A DNA stretch of 37,446 bases. It comes from a virus (Duplodnaviria > Caudoviricetes). Made by a program: the position numbers and the translations under genes. Positions within the stretch are counted from its first letter, which is position 1. Every line of letters starts with the position of its first letter. The notes beneath the pieces were generated by a model that worked only from the letters and a program-made list of their open reading frames with translations, had not been told where the DNA came from and made no database searches. This document shows, one piece after another, positions 16,553-25,992 of this stretch. Where the stretch lies: positions 1 through 37,446 of IMG/VR virus record IMGVR_UViG_3300029822_001161, one strand, 5' to 3'.

Positions 16553-17750
16553 TATGAAAAGATTCTGGAATGTGAAGGCGGTCAAGAACGCAAGCGGGGA
16601 TCCCGAAGGGGAGATCATGTTCTACGGCTACATAGCCGATTCCGCCTACTGGGATGATGAGGTGTCGCCCAAGACGCTGATGAACGACCTGAAGGCCCTG
16701 GGGAACGTCTCCCGGGTAACGGTGCGCATCAACAGTTATGGCGGAGATGTCTTTGCGGCTCATGCCATTTTCAATATCCTGAAGCAGCATGCGGCTGAGA
16801 TAGTGGTTCGCATAGACGGCATAGCGGCCAGCGCGGCCACTATCGTGGCCATGGCAGGGGACCGGATCGTCATGCCATCCAATGCCATGATGATGATCCA
16901 CAATCCCTGGACCATGGCGGCGGGTAACTCGGAGGACATGCGCAAGACGGCGGAGATGCTGGACCAGGTGAAGGAGACCATTATAGCCGCCTATATGACG
17001 CGCAGCGGCTTAAGCCGTGATGAACTCTCCGACCTGATGGACGACGAGACCTGGATGATGGCTGCCGAGGCGGTGGAGAAGGGCTTTGCCGATGAGGTTG
17101 AGGGGGCCGTCAGAGTGGCCGCCAGCATAGGCGGCGGGTCTCTCGTCGTCAACGGGACCAGCTTTGATTTGTCGAAGATACGGAGTATTCCGGCGGCATT
17201 GTTTGCCGTCAGCGAGGAGGTGAATGAAATGACACCTGAGAACAATGCCACCAGCGAAGTGGTAGCAGCCCTTCAGGATGAAGGGGCCGCTGTGGAGGAG
17301 GAGCCGGAAGCGGCTGCCGCCGAAGGCACAGCGGCTGCGGCGGAAGAAGCGCCGGTTGAGGCTGCCGCGGAAGAACCGGCTGCAGGGCCTGCAGCAGAGC
17401 ATCCGGAGGATACTCCTGCCGGGGATCCCGTCCAGGATGCCGTCAAGGCGGAGAGGCTGCGCATCAAAGAGATACAGTCGCTGGCCCGTCCGGGAGCGGA
17501 GGCCGTCATAGCCGCGGCCATCGAGAGCGGCCAGAGCCCGGCCGATACGGCTCTGCAGATCCTGAACAGTAAGGACGTGCGCAGCCATGATGCGCTGACT
17601 GCCAGGCGTCAGGATGCTGCTGCCCTTGGCAGCGTCGAAGCGTCGGCAGGTGTTGCAGGCGGAGCGGAGACCTCCGGCTTCCTGGCCAGCGTGGCCGGCT
17701 ATGCCAAGGCTCTGGTTGCCGGGCGCAGTGCCGTCAACGAGAAGGATTAA
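16545..17750 (+). CDS. ClpP-type head maturation protease fused to scaffold
   Basis: RINSYGGDV, DGIAASAA, MMIHNP and ETWM..EAVEKGFAD; acidic Ala/Glu C-terminal half. Confidence 0.93.
   Translation: MDDMKRFWNVKAVKNASGDPEGEIMFYGYIADSAYWDDEVSPKTLMNDLKALGNVSRVTVRINSYGGDVFAAHAIFNILKQHAAEIVVRIDGIAASAATIVAMAGDRIVMPSNAMMMIHNPWTMAAGNSEDMRKTAEMLDQVKETIIAAYMTRSGLSRDELSDLMDDETWMMAAEAVEKGFADEVEGAVRVAASIGGGSLVVNGTSFDLSKIRSIPAALFAVSEEVNEMTPENNATSEVVAALQDEGAAVEEEPEAAAAEGTAAAAEEAPVEAAAEEPAAGPAAEHPEDTPAGDPVQDAVKAERLRIKEIQSLARPGAEAVIAAAIESGQSPADTALQILNSKDVRSHDALTARRQDAAALGSVEASAGVAGGAETSGFLASVAGYAKALVAGRSAVNEKD
17229..17750 (+). CDS. Nested in-frame scaffolding protein (Nu3-like)
   Basis: AGGAGGTG (17215-17222) 6 nt upstream of in-frame ATG 17229. 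Confidence 0.55.
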   Translation: MTPENNATSEVVAALQDEGAAVEEEPEAAAAEGTAAAAEEAPVEAAAEEPAAGPAAEHPEDTPAGDPVQDAVKAERLRIKEIQSLARPGAEAVIAAAIESGQSPADTALQILNSKDVRSHDALTARRQDAAALGSVEASAGVAGGAETSGFLASVAGYAKALVAGRSAVNEKD

Positions 17751-17758
17751 GAACAGCG

Positions 17759-17776
17759 TTATTCCACGTGGAATAA
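17759..17776. promoter_or_regulatory. parS/NBS-like palindrome, copy 2 (perfect 18 bp, intergenic)
   Basis: TTATTCCACGTGGAATAA. Confidence 0.6.
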
Positions 17777-17807
17777 TCAGACCGATAAATAAAGAGAGGT
17801 GTTTTTC

Positions 17808-18461
17808 ATGAGTTTGGCTTCTACTACCAGCTATACCCCGGATAAGTTTCTGGCCGGGGAGCATCCGCAGGTTTACAGGCCGGTAACCTTGCTGGCCGGT
17901 GAGGGCGCCCTGGCCAAGGGTGCCGTTCTGGCCAAGGTGACCAAGGGTGCGGCCACCGGGGCCCGTACGGCCACCAATACCGGCAATGCCACCATCGGCA
18001 CTGTCAGCCGCGGTGCGGCCGGCAAGGTGGGCGTCTACACGGTCACCTGCATTACGGCCGCCACGGCCGATCCGGTTGCCGCGGCTGTTTACAGGGTGAT
18101 AGACCCTGACGGCCTGGCGCTGCCCAACGCAGCCGAGGGCACTGCCTATGCCGGACCGGTGATCTTTACCCTGACGGCAGGGCTTACCCCCAGCGCTGTG
18201 GATGATACGTTCACCATCACCGTAGCGGCCGGCAGCGGCTACTACAAGCGCGTCAACAAGACCGACATTGATGGTGGGGCCGTTGCCTGTGCCGTTCTGG
18301 CGGCTGCCGTAACAGTGGCCAACGATGCCAATGCCACCGGCGTGGCCCTGGTGCACGGCGAGCCCAACAGCGGCGCCTTCAGCTACGATGCCGGCACCGT
18401 CCTGGCTGACGTGCAGGCGGCCCTTGAGGCTGTAGGCATCTATCCCAAGACCCTGGCGTAA
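17808..18461 (+). CDS. Head decoration protein (gpD-like) with internal insertion
   Basis: Lies between protease and capsid genes; GAVLAKVT...DGGAVACAVLA...AALEAVGIY. Confidence 0.8.
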   Translation: MSLASTTSYTPDKFLAGEHPQVYRPVTLLAGEGALAKGAVLAKVTKGAATGARTATNTGNATIGTVSRGAAGKVGVYTVTCITAATADPVAAAVYRVIDPDGLALPNAAEGTAYAGPVIFTLTAGLTPSAVDDTFTITVAAGSGYYKRVNKTDIDGGAVACAVLAAAVTVANDANATGVALVHGEPNSGAFSYDAGTVLADVQAALEAVGIYPKTLA

Positions 18462-18504
18462 CCCGGTAGATACCGGAGTATCTATATTTTAAGCGAGGTG
18501 TAAT

Positions 18505-19521
18505 ATGGACGAATATACCAAGATGATGTTGGCGGCGGTGAGGATCATCCCCAGGGCTCCCAGGTTCCTGAGGAATTTGCTCTTTGGCGGCCGCTCGGCT
18601 ATCTTCAGCGACACTGCCAAGTGCACTGTGGATATGTACAAGGGTGGCCGCAAGCTGGCCCCCATAGTGGCCCGGCGCATCGGCGGCAAGGTGGTGGAGA
18701 AGACCGCCTGGGACAGCACGGACTTCACCACTCCCCTGGTGGCCCCGCGTGACATCGTCACCGAGGAAGACCTGGAGAAGAGGCTGCCCGGGGAGCCGGA
18801 TTACAACGGCATGGGCATCCAGGACAGGCGGGCTGCTTATCTGGCGCTGAAGGTGGATGAGTTCACCCAGATGCATGACCGCCTGGAGGAGTATATGGTA
18901 GCCCAGCAGCTCTTTACCGGCAAGCTGACGCTGACCGGCGATGGCTATGCCGACGAGCTGGACCTCTCCTTCACCAACACCTATACGGCCGACCCCGACT
19001 GGGCGGATGCCACCGCCAAGCCGATCGATGATCTGGCCGCCTGGAAGCTGGACGTGGGATCTCATGGCGTTATGCCCGATACCTGCGTTATGCCTGCCGA
19101 CGTCTATGCTGCCTTTATGGCCAGTGCATCCGTGCAGGCGGAGTATGACAAGCGCAACATCCTGCCCGGCACTCTGCAGCCGCAGATGACCGCCAACGGG
19201 GAAGTCGTATCCGTGGGATATATCCCGCGCATCGATATGTGGCTCTACGTCTACAGCGCCACTTATGACCTGAACGGCACGGCCACGGCTTACGTGCCGG
19301 CCAAGAAGCTGGTCATCTTCCCCAGTGCCGAGCGCAACAGCTACCAGATGTATTACGGCGCCTGCTACGACGCCGTCAAGAAGGCCAGCTTCCGCGTGGA
19401 CCGTTATCCTCGCTTCTTCGAGGATCCCAAATCCAACGCAGAATACTTCGAGCTGCAGAGCCGGCCGCTGCCGATCCTGAGGGATGTCGACTCCTGGGGC
19501 GTCGCCACCGTCCTGGAATAG
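18505..19521 (+). CDS. Major capsid protein (lambda gpE family)
   Basis: 338 aa; RKLAPIV, RLEEYMVAQQLFTGK and LQSRPLP. Confidence 0.92.
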   Translation: MDEYTKMMLAAVRIIPRAPRFLRNLLFGGRSAIFSDTAKCTVDMYKGGRKLAPIVARRIGGKVVEKTAWDSTDFTTPLVAPRDIVTEEDLEKRLPGEPDYNGMGIQDRRAAYLALKVDEFTQMHDRLEEYMVAQQLFTGKLTLTGDGYADELDLSFTNTYTADPDWADATAKPIDDLAAWKLDVGSHGVMPDTCVMPADVYAAFMASASVQAEYDKRNILPGTLQPQMTANGEVVSVGYIPRIDMWLYVYSATYDLNGTATAYVPAKKLVIFPSAERNSYQMYYGACYDAVKKASFRVDRYPRFFEDPKSNAEYFELQSRPLPILRDVDSWGVATVLE

Positions 19522-19531
19522 GGGGTGTGCC

Positions 19532-19903
19532 ATGTATAAGGTGCTGACCAAGATACGGTCCGGGGTGGAGATAATCCACCCCGGAACCATCCTGGAGAGA
19601 TTGCCCGCGGACTGGCATGAGGATTATCTGCTGCGCAAAGGGGCCATCCTGAGGATGAGCGAAGAGAGCGGTGCTGATCCGGAGGGCACTGTGGCGGAGA
19701 CTGTAAAGGCTGAGGCTGCGGTGACTGAAAGGAAAGCGGCTCCTGTAGAGAAGGCGGCGCCGGGGAAGAAGAAACCTGCTGCAAAGAAGCCTGCCGGCAA
19801 GAGCAAAACAAAGACGGCGCCGAAGCCTGTCCCCAAGGGAGCGGACATCGATCTGCCCGAGGGCATCGATCCTTCTCTGGTAGGCGGCACGGCGGAGGAG
19901 TGA
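19532..19903 (+). CDS. Small post-capsid protein with Lys/Ala/Pro-rich tail (gpFI position)
   Basis: Synteny; GGGGGTG SD; low-complexity C-terminus. Confidence 0.65.
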   Translation: MYKVLTKIRSGVEIIHPGTILERLPADWHEDYLLRKGAILRMSEESGADPEGTVAETVKAEAAVTERKAAPVEKAAPGKKKPAAKKPAGKSKTKTAPKPVPKGADIDLPEGIDPSLVGGTAEE

Positions 19904-19904
19904 C

Positions 19905-20231
19905 ATGGGCTTCAAGGATCAGGTAGCGGCAGACGCCGGAGTGTTTCTGAACGTTCAGGAGTTTGCCGAGGATATGCTGATATCGGTGGCCGGGGAAGCC
20001 CCGGTCACCGTGCCGGCCGTTCTGGATGAGGACAGCAGCGACAAACAGGCGCTGTCCTTCCCGGACGGGACGGTGGTCTATACCTCCAAGCTCTACCTGG
20101 CGCAGGCGGATATTCCGTTCCGGCCAAAGGCCGGCAAGGAGATCTCCGTCAATGGTGTGTCTTACCGGGTGCTGGATACGGCCCTCGAGGCGGGCATGCT
20201 GGTGCTGACTCTGGAGAAGGTATCTTCGTGA
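19905..20231 (+). CDS. Head-tail joining protein (gpFII-like)
   Basis: MGFKDQVAADAGVFLNVQEFAE; synteny. Confidence 0.8.
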   Translation: MGFKDQVAADAGVFLNVQEFAEDMLISVAGEAPVTVPAVLDEDSSDKQALSFPDGTVVYTSKLYLAQADIPFRPKAGKEISVNGVSYRVLDTALEAGMLVLTLEKVSS

Positions 20232-20821
20232 AGATAAGCATAGTTGCTGATGAACGGCAAATGCGACGGGCTTTGAGTGAACTGTCGCATATCAAGAACG
20301 GGGCCGGCAGAGCCATGGCATCCGCATTGAACAGGACGCTTACAGGATTAAAGAGCGATGCCGCAAAAGAGGTTCGCAATAGCTATATCATCCAGCACAA
20401 AGATGTCCTGCGTGTGCTGAAAACCACCAAAGCCACCAAGACAAAGCTGGTGGCCGAACTCAAAGGGACTTACGACAAGATATCCCTGTCAAAGTTTCGG
20501 GTTACGCCCAAGCGCACCATCGGGGTCAGGCCCAAGAAGGGTCTGAAGGTCACTGTCAAAAAGAATGAAGGCGGACGAATGCAGCACGGCTTTATCGCCA
20601 CCGTTGGCGGGGGAGTGCAGGTCTTTACACGTAAAGGCAAGGACCGCCTGCCCATTAAGAAACACTTCGGTCCGGCGGTGGTGCAGATGCTGGCCAGCGA
20701 TGAAGTGGATGCCAAGATTCAACGCCAGGCACAGGAGCGGCTCAATAAAAACATGGCGCATGAGATCGACCGTATCCTGCAGGGTCACGGCTCCGGCCGC
20801 GGAAAGGTGAGCATATTTTGA
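20228..20821 (+). CDS. Tail completion protein (lambda gpZ-like)
   Basis: ASALNRT and RLPIKKHFGPAVVQM; basic protein. Confidence 0.85.
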   Translation: MKISIVADERQMRRALSELSHIKNGAGRAMASALNRTLTGLKSDAAKEVRNSYIIQHKDVLRVLKTTKATKTKLVAELKGTYDKISLSKFRVTPKRTIGVRPKKGLKVTVKKNEGGRMQHGFIATVGGGVQVFTRKGKDRLPIKKHFGPAVVQMLASDEVDAKIQRQAQERLNKNMAHEIDRILQGHGSGRGKVSIF

Positions 20822-21423
20822 ACAATCTTACGACATATCCCGGACCGCACTATGCCGGAGCACATGAAAACCTGGCGGTGGAAGCGGTTTTGCGACGCAT
20901 CGAGACCGCTGTCCGGGTGCTGCTGGAAGGCGGGAGTACGGCCTGGCCGATGCTCAAGGCGGCCAACCCCGAGGGCGGCCCGGCTCTTCTGGTGCCGCTG
21001 GATACGGAGCGCATCAGGAAGGGCTTTTTGGATCCCAGCGTCAACCGGGAGGAGGATCAACAGGATATACCCTGTATCCTGGTGCGTCTGACGGACGGTA
21101 ACGATCGGACGGAGGAGGATACGGAGAGCGGTCCGAGTTACGATCTCAAGCTGGATATCGTGATTGCTGTCTATATGGAGGAGGCGGAGGATTATCAGCA
21201 GGCTACGGATTTGGTCGCTATCCTGCGCCGCAGCTTTCTGCAGCAGCGCTTCCTGGACGGTGGCCACTTCCGGATCAAGCCGCCATTTGCCTGGAGAAGC
21301 TCGGAGAACCCGGCCGAGAGCTGGCCGCACTACTTCATAGCGGCGGAGATTACGCTGGAAGCGCCCAGCATTACGGAGGAATATGACGAACATGGCCAGA
21401 CGTATAACGACAACAAGTGGTAA
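20818..21423 (+). CDS. Putative tail terminator protein
   Basis: Synteny; PCILVRL...WPHY; start uncertain. Confidence 0.65.
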   Translation: MNNLTTYPGPHYAGAHENLAVEAVLRRIETAVRVLLEGGSTAWPMLKAANPEGGPALLVPLDTERIRKGFLDPSVNREEDQQDIPCILVRLTDGNDRTEEDTESGPSYDLKLDIVIAVYMEEAEDYQQATDLVAILRRSFLQQRFLDGGHFRIKPPFAWRSSENPAESWPHYFIAAEITLEAPSITEEYDEHGQTYNDNKW

Positions 21424-21664
21424 GGCGGCTCCGCGAGGGCCGTTTATCTATATCGGGCCGAGCCTGCCGGGGCTGGCATGTTCGCGCATCTATTCATCGA
21501 TGCCGGAGAAGCTGCCCTGTGAGGATGGCTGCCCGTTCGTCAGGACCCTGCTGATACCCATAGCAGAGTATATGGAAGCCAGGCGCCTGATGGGAGAGCG
21601 CGGCACCACCTATAACGTGGCGGCCCGCAGGGTGAGTGAATATGCGAGAGGAGGTAGTGTCTGA
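21383..21664 (+). CDS. Hypothetical protein upstream of sheath
   Basis: IYIGPSLP motif; coupled to the sheath start. Confidence 0.7.
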   Translation: MTNMARRITTTSGKAAPRGPFIYIGPSLPGLACSRIYSSMPEKLPCEDGCPFVRTLLIPIAEYMEARRLMGERGTTYNVAARRVSEYARGGSV

Positions 21665-23139
21665 TGAGTTACAGACACGGTATTTACATAGATGAGCTGC
21701 CGACGGGTATTCTGCCAGCCGTGCAGGTGGAGAGTGCCCTGCCCTTTGTAGTGGGCACGGCGCCAATACATCTGACGGAGGAGGCGGACCTGTCGGATAA
21801 GATCAACCGGCCGGTTGTATGCTACAGCTACGATCAGTTCGTGGCCGCCTTCGGCTACAGTGCCGACTGGAGCAAGTTCAGCCTGTGCGAGTTCGCCAAA
21901 GTTTACTTCGGCCTGTATAACGTGGGGCCGGTGGTCATCCTCAATGTGCTGGACCCGGTGACCAACGGCACGGCTGTGCCGGCTGCCGACGTGGACCTGG
22001 TGGCCGGAGCCTACACCATAGACGATGAGGACGCCGTCCTGCAGAGCCTGGTGGTAAAGGCCGAGGGTGGAGCGGGTGACGCTTTCGTCCTGGGCGACGA
22101 CTATACCGCCGCCTACGATGACGACGGTCAGATCGTCATCACTCGTGTGGCAGACGGCACCATACCGGCCGCCGACTCCACCGTCAGCATCGCCTACAAG
22201 ACCATCGAGGGCGACGAGACGGCCGCGGCGGATATCATAGGCGGCGACACCAGCAACGTGCGGACGGGCCTTGAGGCCATAGAGAATGTTTACCCTCTCT
22301 ATGCCAAGATCCCCACGCTTATCCTTGCCCCCGGCTGGAGCCACGATGCTACCGTCATGGCGGCCATGGTGGCCAAGGCAGGCGGATACGGCGGAGGCTT
22401 CAAGGCGGTGGCCATAGCGGATATCGACAGCACTTCCGCAGGAGCGGATATCGCTGGAGAGGTCACATCCTGGAAGAGCACCAACAACTATAGCGACGCC
22501 CACCTGATACCCTGCTGGCCGAAGGTGGTGCTGGGATCCGGGACCTCCGCCGTCACCTACTGGATGTCCTCGCACGTTGCCGGGGCTATCGCCCGCACCG
22601 ATGCGGAGAAGGGCGGAGGCATACCCTACTGGAGCCCGTCCAATAACCGTATGCAGTGCAACGGCCTGGTGGATGCCGCCGGCGGCGAGGTGATACTGAG
22701 CCGTGATGAGGCCAACGACCTGAACGGTATCGGGGTAGTAACTGCCATCAACCTGCAGGGGCAGTGGAAGGTATGGGGCAACAGGACGTCGGTCTATCCG
22801 ACATCCACCGATCCCAAGGACGCTTTCATCCCCAACCGCAGGATGATGGATTACATCGGCAACACGGTTATCGTCTCCTGGCTGCAGATGGTGGATTATC
22901 CCATCCGGAAGCGGACGATACAGACCATCGTGGAAAGCCAGAACTCCTGGCTCAACAGCCTGCAGGGAGCGGAAGCCATCCTGGGCGGCCGCGTGGTCTT
23001 CAGCGATACGGAGAACCCCATTGCCGACATGATAGACGGCAAGGTGGTCCTGCATCTCTACGTGGGACTGAGCAGCCCCGCCGAGGAGATCGTGGAGCGC
23101 CTGGAGTTCGACCCGTCCTACTATGAAGGCGTATTTTAG
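21664..23139 (+). CDS. Tail sheath protein
   Basis: YRHGIY, VVGTAPIH, ILAPGWS, SPSN and WGNRT. Confidence 0.95.
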   Translation: MSYRHGIYIDELPTGILPAVQVESALPFVVGTAPIHLTEEADLSDKINRPVVCYSYDQFVAAFGYSADWSKFSLCEFAKVYFGLYNVGPVVILNVLDPVTNGTAVPAADVDLVAGAYTIDDEDAVLQSLVVKAEGGAGDAFVLGDDYTAAYDDDGQIVITRVADGTIPAADSTVSIAYKTIEGDETAAADIIGGDTSNVRTGLEAIENVYPLYAKIPTLILAPGWSHDATVMAAMVAKAGGYGGGFKAVAIADIDSTSAGADIAGEVTSWKSTNNYSDAHLIPCWPKVVLGSGTSAVTYWMSSHVAGAIARTDAEKGGGIPYWSPSNNRMQCNGLVDAAGGEVILSRDEANDLNGIGVVTAINLQGQWKVWGNRTSVYPTSTDPKDAFIPNRRMMDYIGNTVIVSWLQMVDYPIRKRTIQTIVESQNSWLNSLQGAEAILGGRVVFSDTENPIADMIDGKVVLHLYVGLSSPAEEIVERLEFDPSYYEGVF

Positions 23140-23152
23140 GGGGTGATGATAA

Positions 23153-23674
23153 ATGGCCAACGAACTGAAACAGAAACTTATAAACGCCCATGTCTATGAG
23201 GATAACGCCAGGGTGCTGGGCATAGCCAATGTCACGCTGCCCAACCTGGAGCCGCTGACGGACGGCCTCAAGGGCCTGGGCATAGCCGGGGAAATGGACG
23301 TGCCCATCCTGGGGCATTTCGGCTCCATGACCTGCCAGCTGGACTTTACCGTGGTGCAGGGAGACATATCGACGCTCTCTGAACCCAGGTCGCACCAGCT
23401 GGTGGTGCGGGCAGCCATACAGGTGCAGGACACGGGCTTGGGGACATACTCCAGCAAGCCGCTGGCGGTCTATATGACGGCCGTGCCCAAGGGCACCAAC
23501 CTGGGCAAGCTGGAGCCTGGCGCCGGCATGGATACGCAGCTGACCTTCGAGGTCACGGCCCTCAAGCTCTTTGTGGACAACAAGGAGGCCATTGAGGTGG
23601 ACAAGCTGAACATGATCTACCGGGTGAACGGCGTGGACTACCTGGCAGGCGTCAGAACGGACATGGGCCTGTAG
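23153..23674 (+). CDS. Tail tube protein (P2 FII-like)
   Basis: VTLPNL...GIAGE...EVDKLNMIYRVNGVDYL. Confidence 0.92.
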   Translation: MANELKQKLINAHVYEDNARVLGIANVTLPNLEPLTDGLKGLGIAGEMDVPILGHFGSMTCQLDFTVVQGDISTLSEPRSHQLVVRAAIQVQDTGLGTYSSKPLAVYMTAVPKGTNLGKLEPGAGMDTQLTFEVTALKLFVDNKEAIEVDKLNMIYRVNGVDYLAGVRTDMGL

Positions 23675-23705
23675 AGGCATAGCAGGAAGGGGAAGGTGGT
23701 ATGTC

Positions 23706-24071
23706 GTGAGTGAGGAAATGGAGAGATACGAAACTGCGGAAGTTCAGCCGGCAACAGCGGATGTGCAGGCGGCAGAGGCTAGGACGCAGGGCATAGAGGC
23801 AAAGGGGGTTCTCGAGCTGAGAGCCCCTTTCACATTCGAGGGTCAGGAACATAAGGATATCCCTTATGACTTTGGCCGTATAACCAGGCGGGATATCCGT
23901 GACTGGGCTAAGCAGAGGCCCGGCATGGTGACCAGCGTGGTGTTGGACCTTGACGGGCAGGAGATGATCTTCTGCAAAGCGGCCGGTATCCCCGCGGAGA
24001 TGCTGGATTCCTTTGACGTCAGGGATTACACGCAGGCCCTGGGGCTGGCCGTAGGTTTTTTCGGCTCATAG
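23706..24071 (+). CDS. Tail assembly chaperone (P2 gpE-like)
   Basis: Lies between tube and tape measure; ends GFFGS over a T6 run. Confidence 0.85.
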   Translation: MSEEMERYETAEVQPATADVQAAEARTQGIEAKGVLELRAPFTFEGQEHKDIPYDFGRITRRDIRDWAKQRPGMVTSVVLDLDGQEMIFCKAAGIPAEMLDSFDVRDYTQALGLAVGFFGS

Positions 24072-24226
24072 GCAGCCTGCATGACCTGGACAGGGCCATA
24101 CTGGTCTTCTGCCGGGGCACGTATACATCCCTGCCGGAGGCAGAGGGGATGCCTATAATGGACCTGTTCTACTGGATGGCGATCTACAGCGAATTGGGAG
24201 AGGAGGCTAACCATGGCGACGCGTGA
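24056..24226 (+). CDS. -1 frameshift extension of the tail chaperone (gpE+E'-like)
   Basis: Slippery T TTT TTC at 24056-24062; -1 frame open to TGA 24224-24226, encoding ...EAEGMPIMDLFYW... Confidence 0.8.
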   Translation, partial: FFRLIGSLHDLDRAILVFCRGTYTSLPEAEGMPIMDLFYWMAIYSELGEEANHGDA

Positions 24227-25919
24227 TTGGGTAACCAGGCTCAAGGGCGTTCTGGACCCGTCCTATACCGGCACATTTGGCAAGGCGGCCAGAAACCTTG
24301 AGACATACCGCAAGAATGTCTTTCGGGTTAACGCCGCCAATGATAGCCTGGCCAAGTCCAGCGCCAGGGCGTCCGCCTCTTCCGGTTCCATGTCCAAGGC
24401 TGTATTCAAGGGAATGGTAGGCTTTGCCGCTACTTATGTGGGTGTGCAGCAGATGGGTGCTGCCATAAAGTCTGTCACGCAAAACACCAATGAGCGCCTG
24501 GCCGCCGAGAAGCGCCTACAGACACTCATGAACAACGTCCGGGGCACGACCCCCAAGGACATTGAGCAGGTAAAGCGCTTGGCCGGGGCCATTCAGAACT
24601 ACAGCACCGTGGGTGACGATACTGCCGTACACGGGGCCTCTCAGCTGGCGACATATCAGCTGCAGAGTAAAAGCATCCAGAAGCTGATGCCATCACTGGC
24701 GGACCTTGCTGTCGGCACCTACGGCGTCAATGTCAGCAATGAACAGATGCAGCAAAGCGCCAACATGCTTGGCAAGGTCTTCACCGGCCAGGTGGGGGTG
24801 CTGCGGCGAGTAGGCATTTCCTTTGACAAGCATCAGGAGAAAATCTTAAAGACTGGCACCCAGGAGCAGAAGGTGGCTATGATGACAAAGGTCATCGGGC
24901 AGAACTACGGCAACCTGGCAAAGCAGATGGCCAACACACCGGAGGGCCGTGTCATCCAGCTGAAGAATGCCTGGGGAGACTTCCAGGAAGAGATTGGCCT
25001 GCGTGTACTGCCGGCGGTGACCAAGGTGCTGAACTGGCTGGGGCCGAAGCTGCCGGGACAGATGGCCGGCGGCGTTAAGGCGCTGGACAAGATGGTTGCC
25101 GTCGCCCGGAAGATCGCGCCCATATTTTTGGGCATCTGGAATGGCGGCAGCAAGACATTCAATTTCCTGAAGAAGAACTGGTCCTGGCTGGGGCCGATTA
25201 TTCTGGGAGTGGCCGGCGCCATGGCCTTCTGGTATGGCTGGATGCTGGCCACTGCTGCTGCACAGAAGATATTGGCTGCGCAACAGTGGCTGCTTAATGC
25301 GGCTATGACTGCCAATCCGGTATTTTTGCTGGTGTTGGGAATAGGGATCCTCATCGGGGTTATCTACGCCCTTGTAAAGAACTGGGATAAGGTGGTGGCC
25401 GCTCTTGGTAGGGCCTGGGCGTGGTTCGTCCGCTTTGGTTCTCAGGGTGCCGGGCGCTTCATTCCCATAGTAGCCATCATCGCCCTGATAGCCAAAAACT
25501 GGGACAAAATAACAGGTGCCGTCAAACGGGCCTTTGGCTGGATCGGTCGCCTCATTGACAAGGTGAAACTGGTTAAGCCGCCTAAACTCTGGCCCTTTGG
25601 TGGAGGAGGCACGCCTCCGGCCAAGCATGCCCTGGGCGGCATCATCAGGCGGCCTACTCTGACCTGGGCCGGCGAAACCGGTCCGGAGGCTATCATACCC
25701 CTGGCCAACAACCGCGACAGGGCTGTGTCCCTGTGGCGACAGACAGGGGCGGCCATCGGCGCCGGAGCGGGCGCCAGCTATACCATCAACGTCAACGTCA
25801 ACGCCGGAGCGGGTCAGAGCCCGGAGGGCCTGCGGTCTGCGGCGTCTGATATCGCCGCCGAAGTTAAGCGGGTCATCATGGGCCTGCAGGACCAGGAGCG
25901 CCGGCGGTCCTTTGCTTAG
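24213..25919 (+). CDS. Tape measure protein
   Basis: Helical, Ala-rich; ANPVFLLV and KNWDK repeats; HALGGI...AGETGPEAIIPL. Confidence 0.92.
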   Translation: MATRDWVTRLKGVLDPSYTGTFGKAARNLETYRKNVFRVNAANDSLAKSSARASASSGSMSKAVFKGMVGFAATYVGVQQMGAAIKSVTQNTNERLAAEKRLQTLMNNVRGTTPKDIEQVKRLAGAIQNYSTVGDDTAVHGASQLATYQLQSKSIQKLMPSLADLAVGTYGVNVSNEQMQQSANMLGKVFTGQVGVLRRVGISFDKHQEKILKTGTQEQKVAMMTKVIGQNYGNLAKQMANTPEGRVIQLKNAWGDFQEEIGLRVLPAVTKVLNWLGPKLPGQMAGGVKALDKMVAVARKIAPIFLGIWNGGSKTFNFLKKNWSWLGPIILGVAGAMAFWYGWMLATAAAQKILAAQQWLLNAAMTANPVFLLVLGIGILIGVIYALVKNWDKVVAALGRAWAWFVRFGSQGAGRFIPIVAIIALIAKNWDKITGAVKRAFGWIGRLIDKVKLVKPPKLWPFGGGGTPPAKHALGGIIRRPTLTWAGETGPEAIIPLANNRDRAVSLWRQTGAAIGAGAGASYTINVNVNAGAGQSPEGLRSAASDIAAEVKRVIMGLQDQERRRSFA

Positions 25920-25921
25920 AT

Positions 25922-25937
25922 TATTTCACATGGAATA
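25922..25937. promoter_or_regulatory. parS/NBS-like palindrome, copy 3 (intergenic)
   Basis: TATTTCACATGGAATA. Confidence 0.55.
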
Positions 25938-25992
25938 TTCCAGGAATGTTTCTGGAATATTTATCGGCAATTTTACCAGGAGGTAAAGCATT

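Noticed and set aside
18463-18490. Small hairpin TAGATAC-CGGA-GTATCTA between decoration and capsid genes
   Set aside because: Weak AT-rich stem with a short T run; cannot be called a terminator from sequence alone.
17010-23680. Long minus-strand ORFs (17010-18356, 18379-19590, 21610-23160, 23000-23680)
   Set aside because: They are antisense shadows of clear GC-rich structural genes and show no recognisable motifs.
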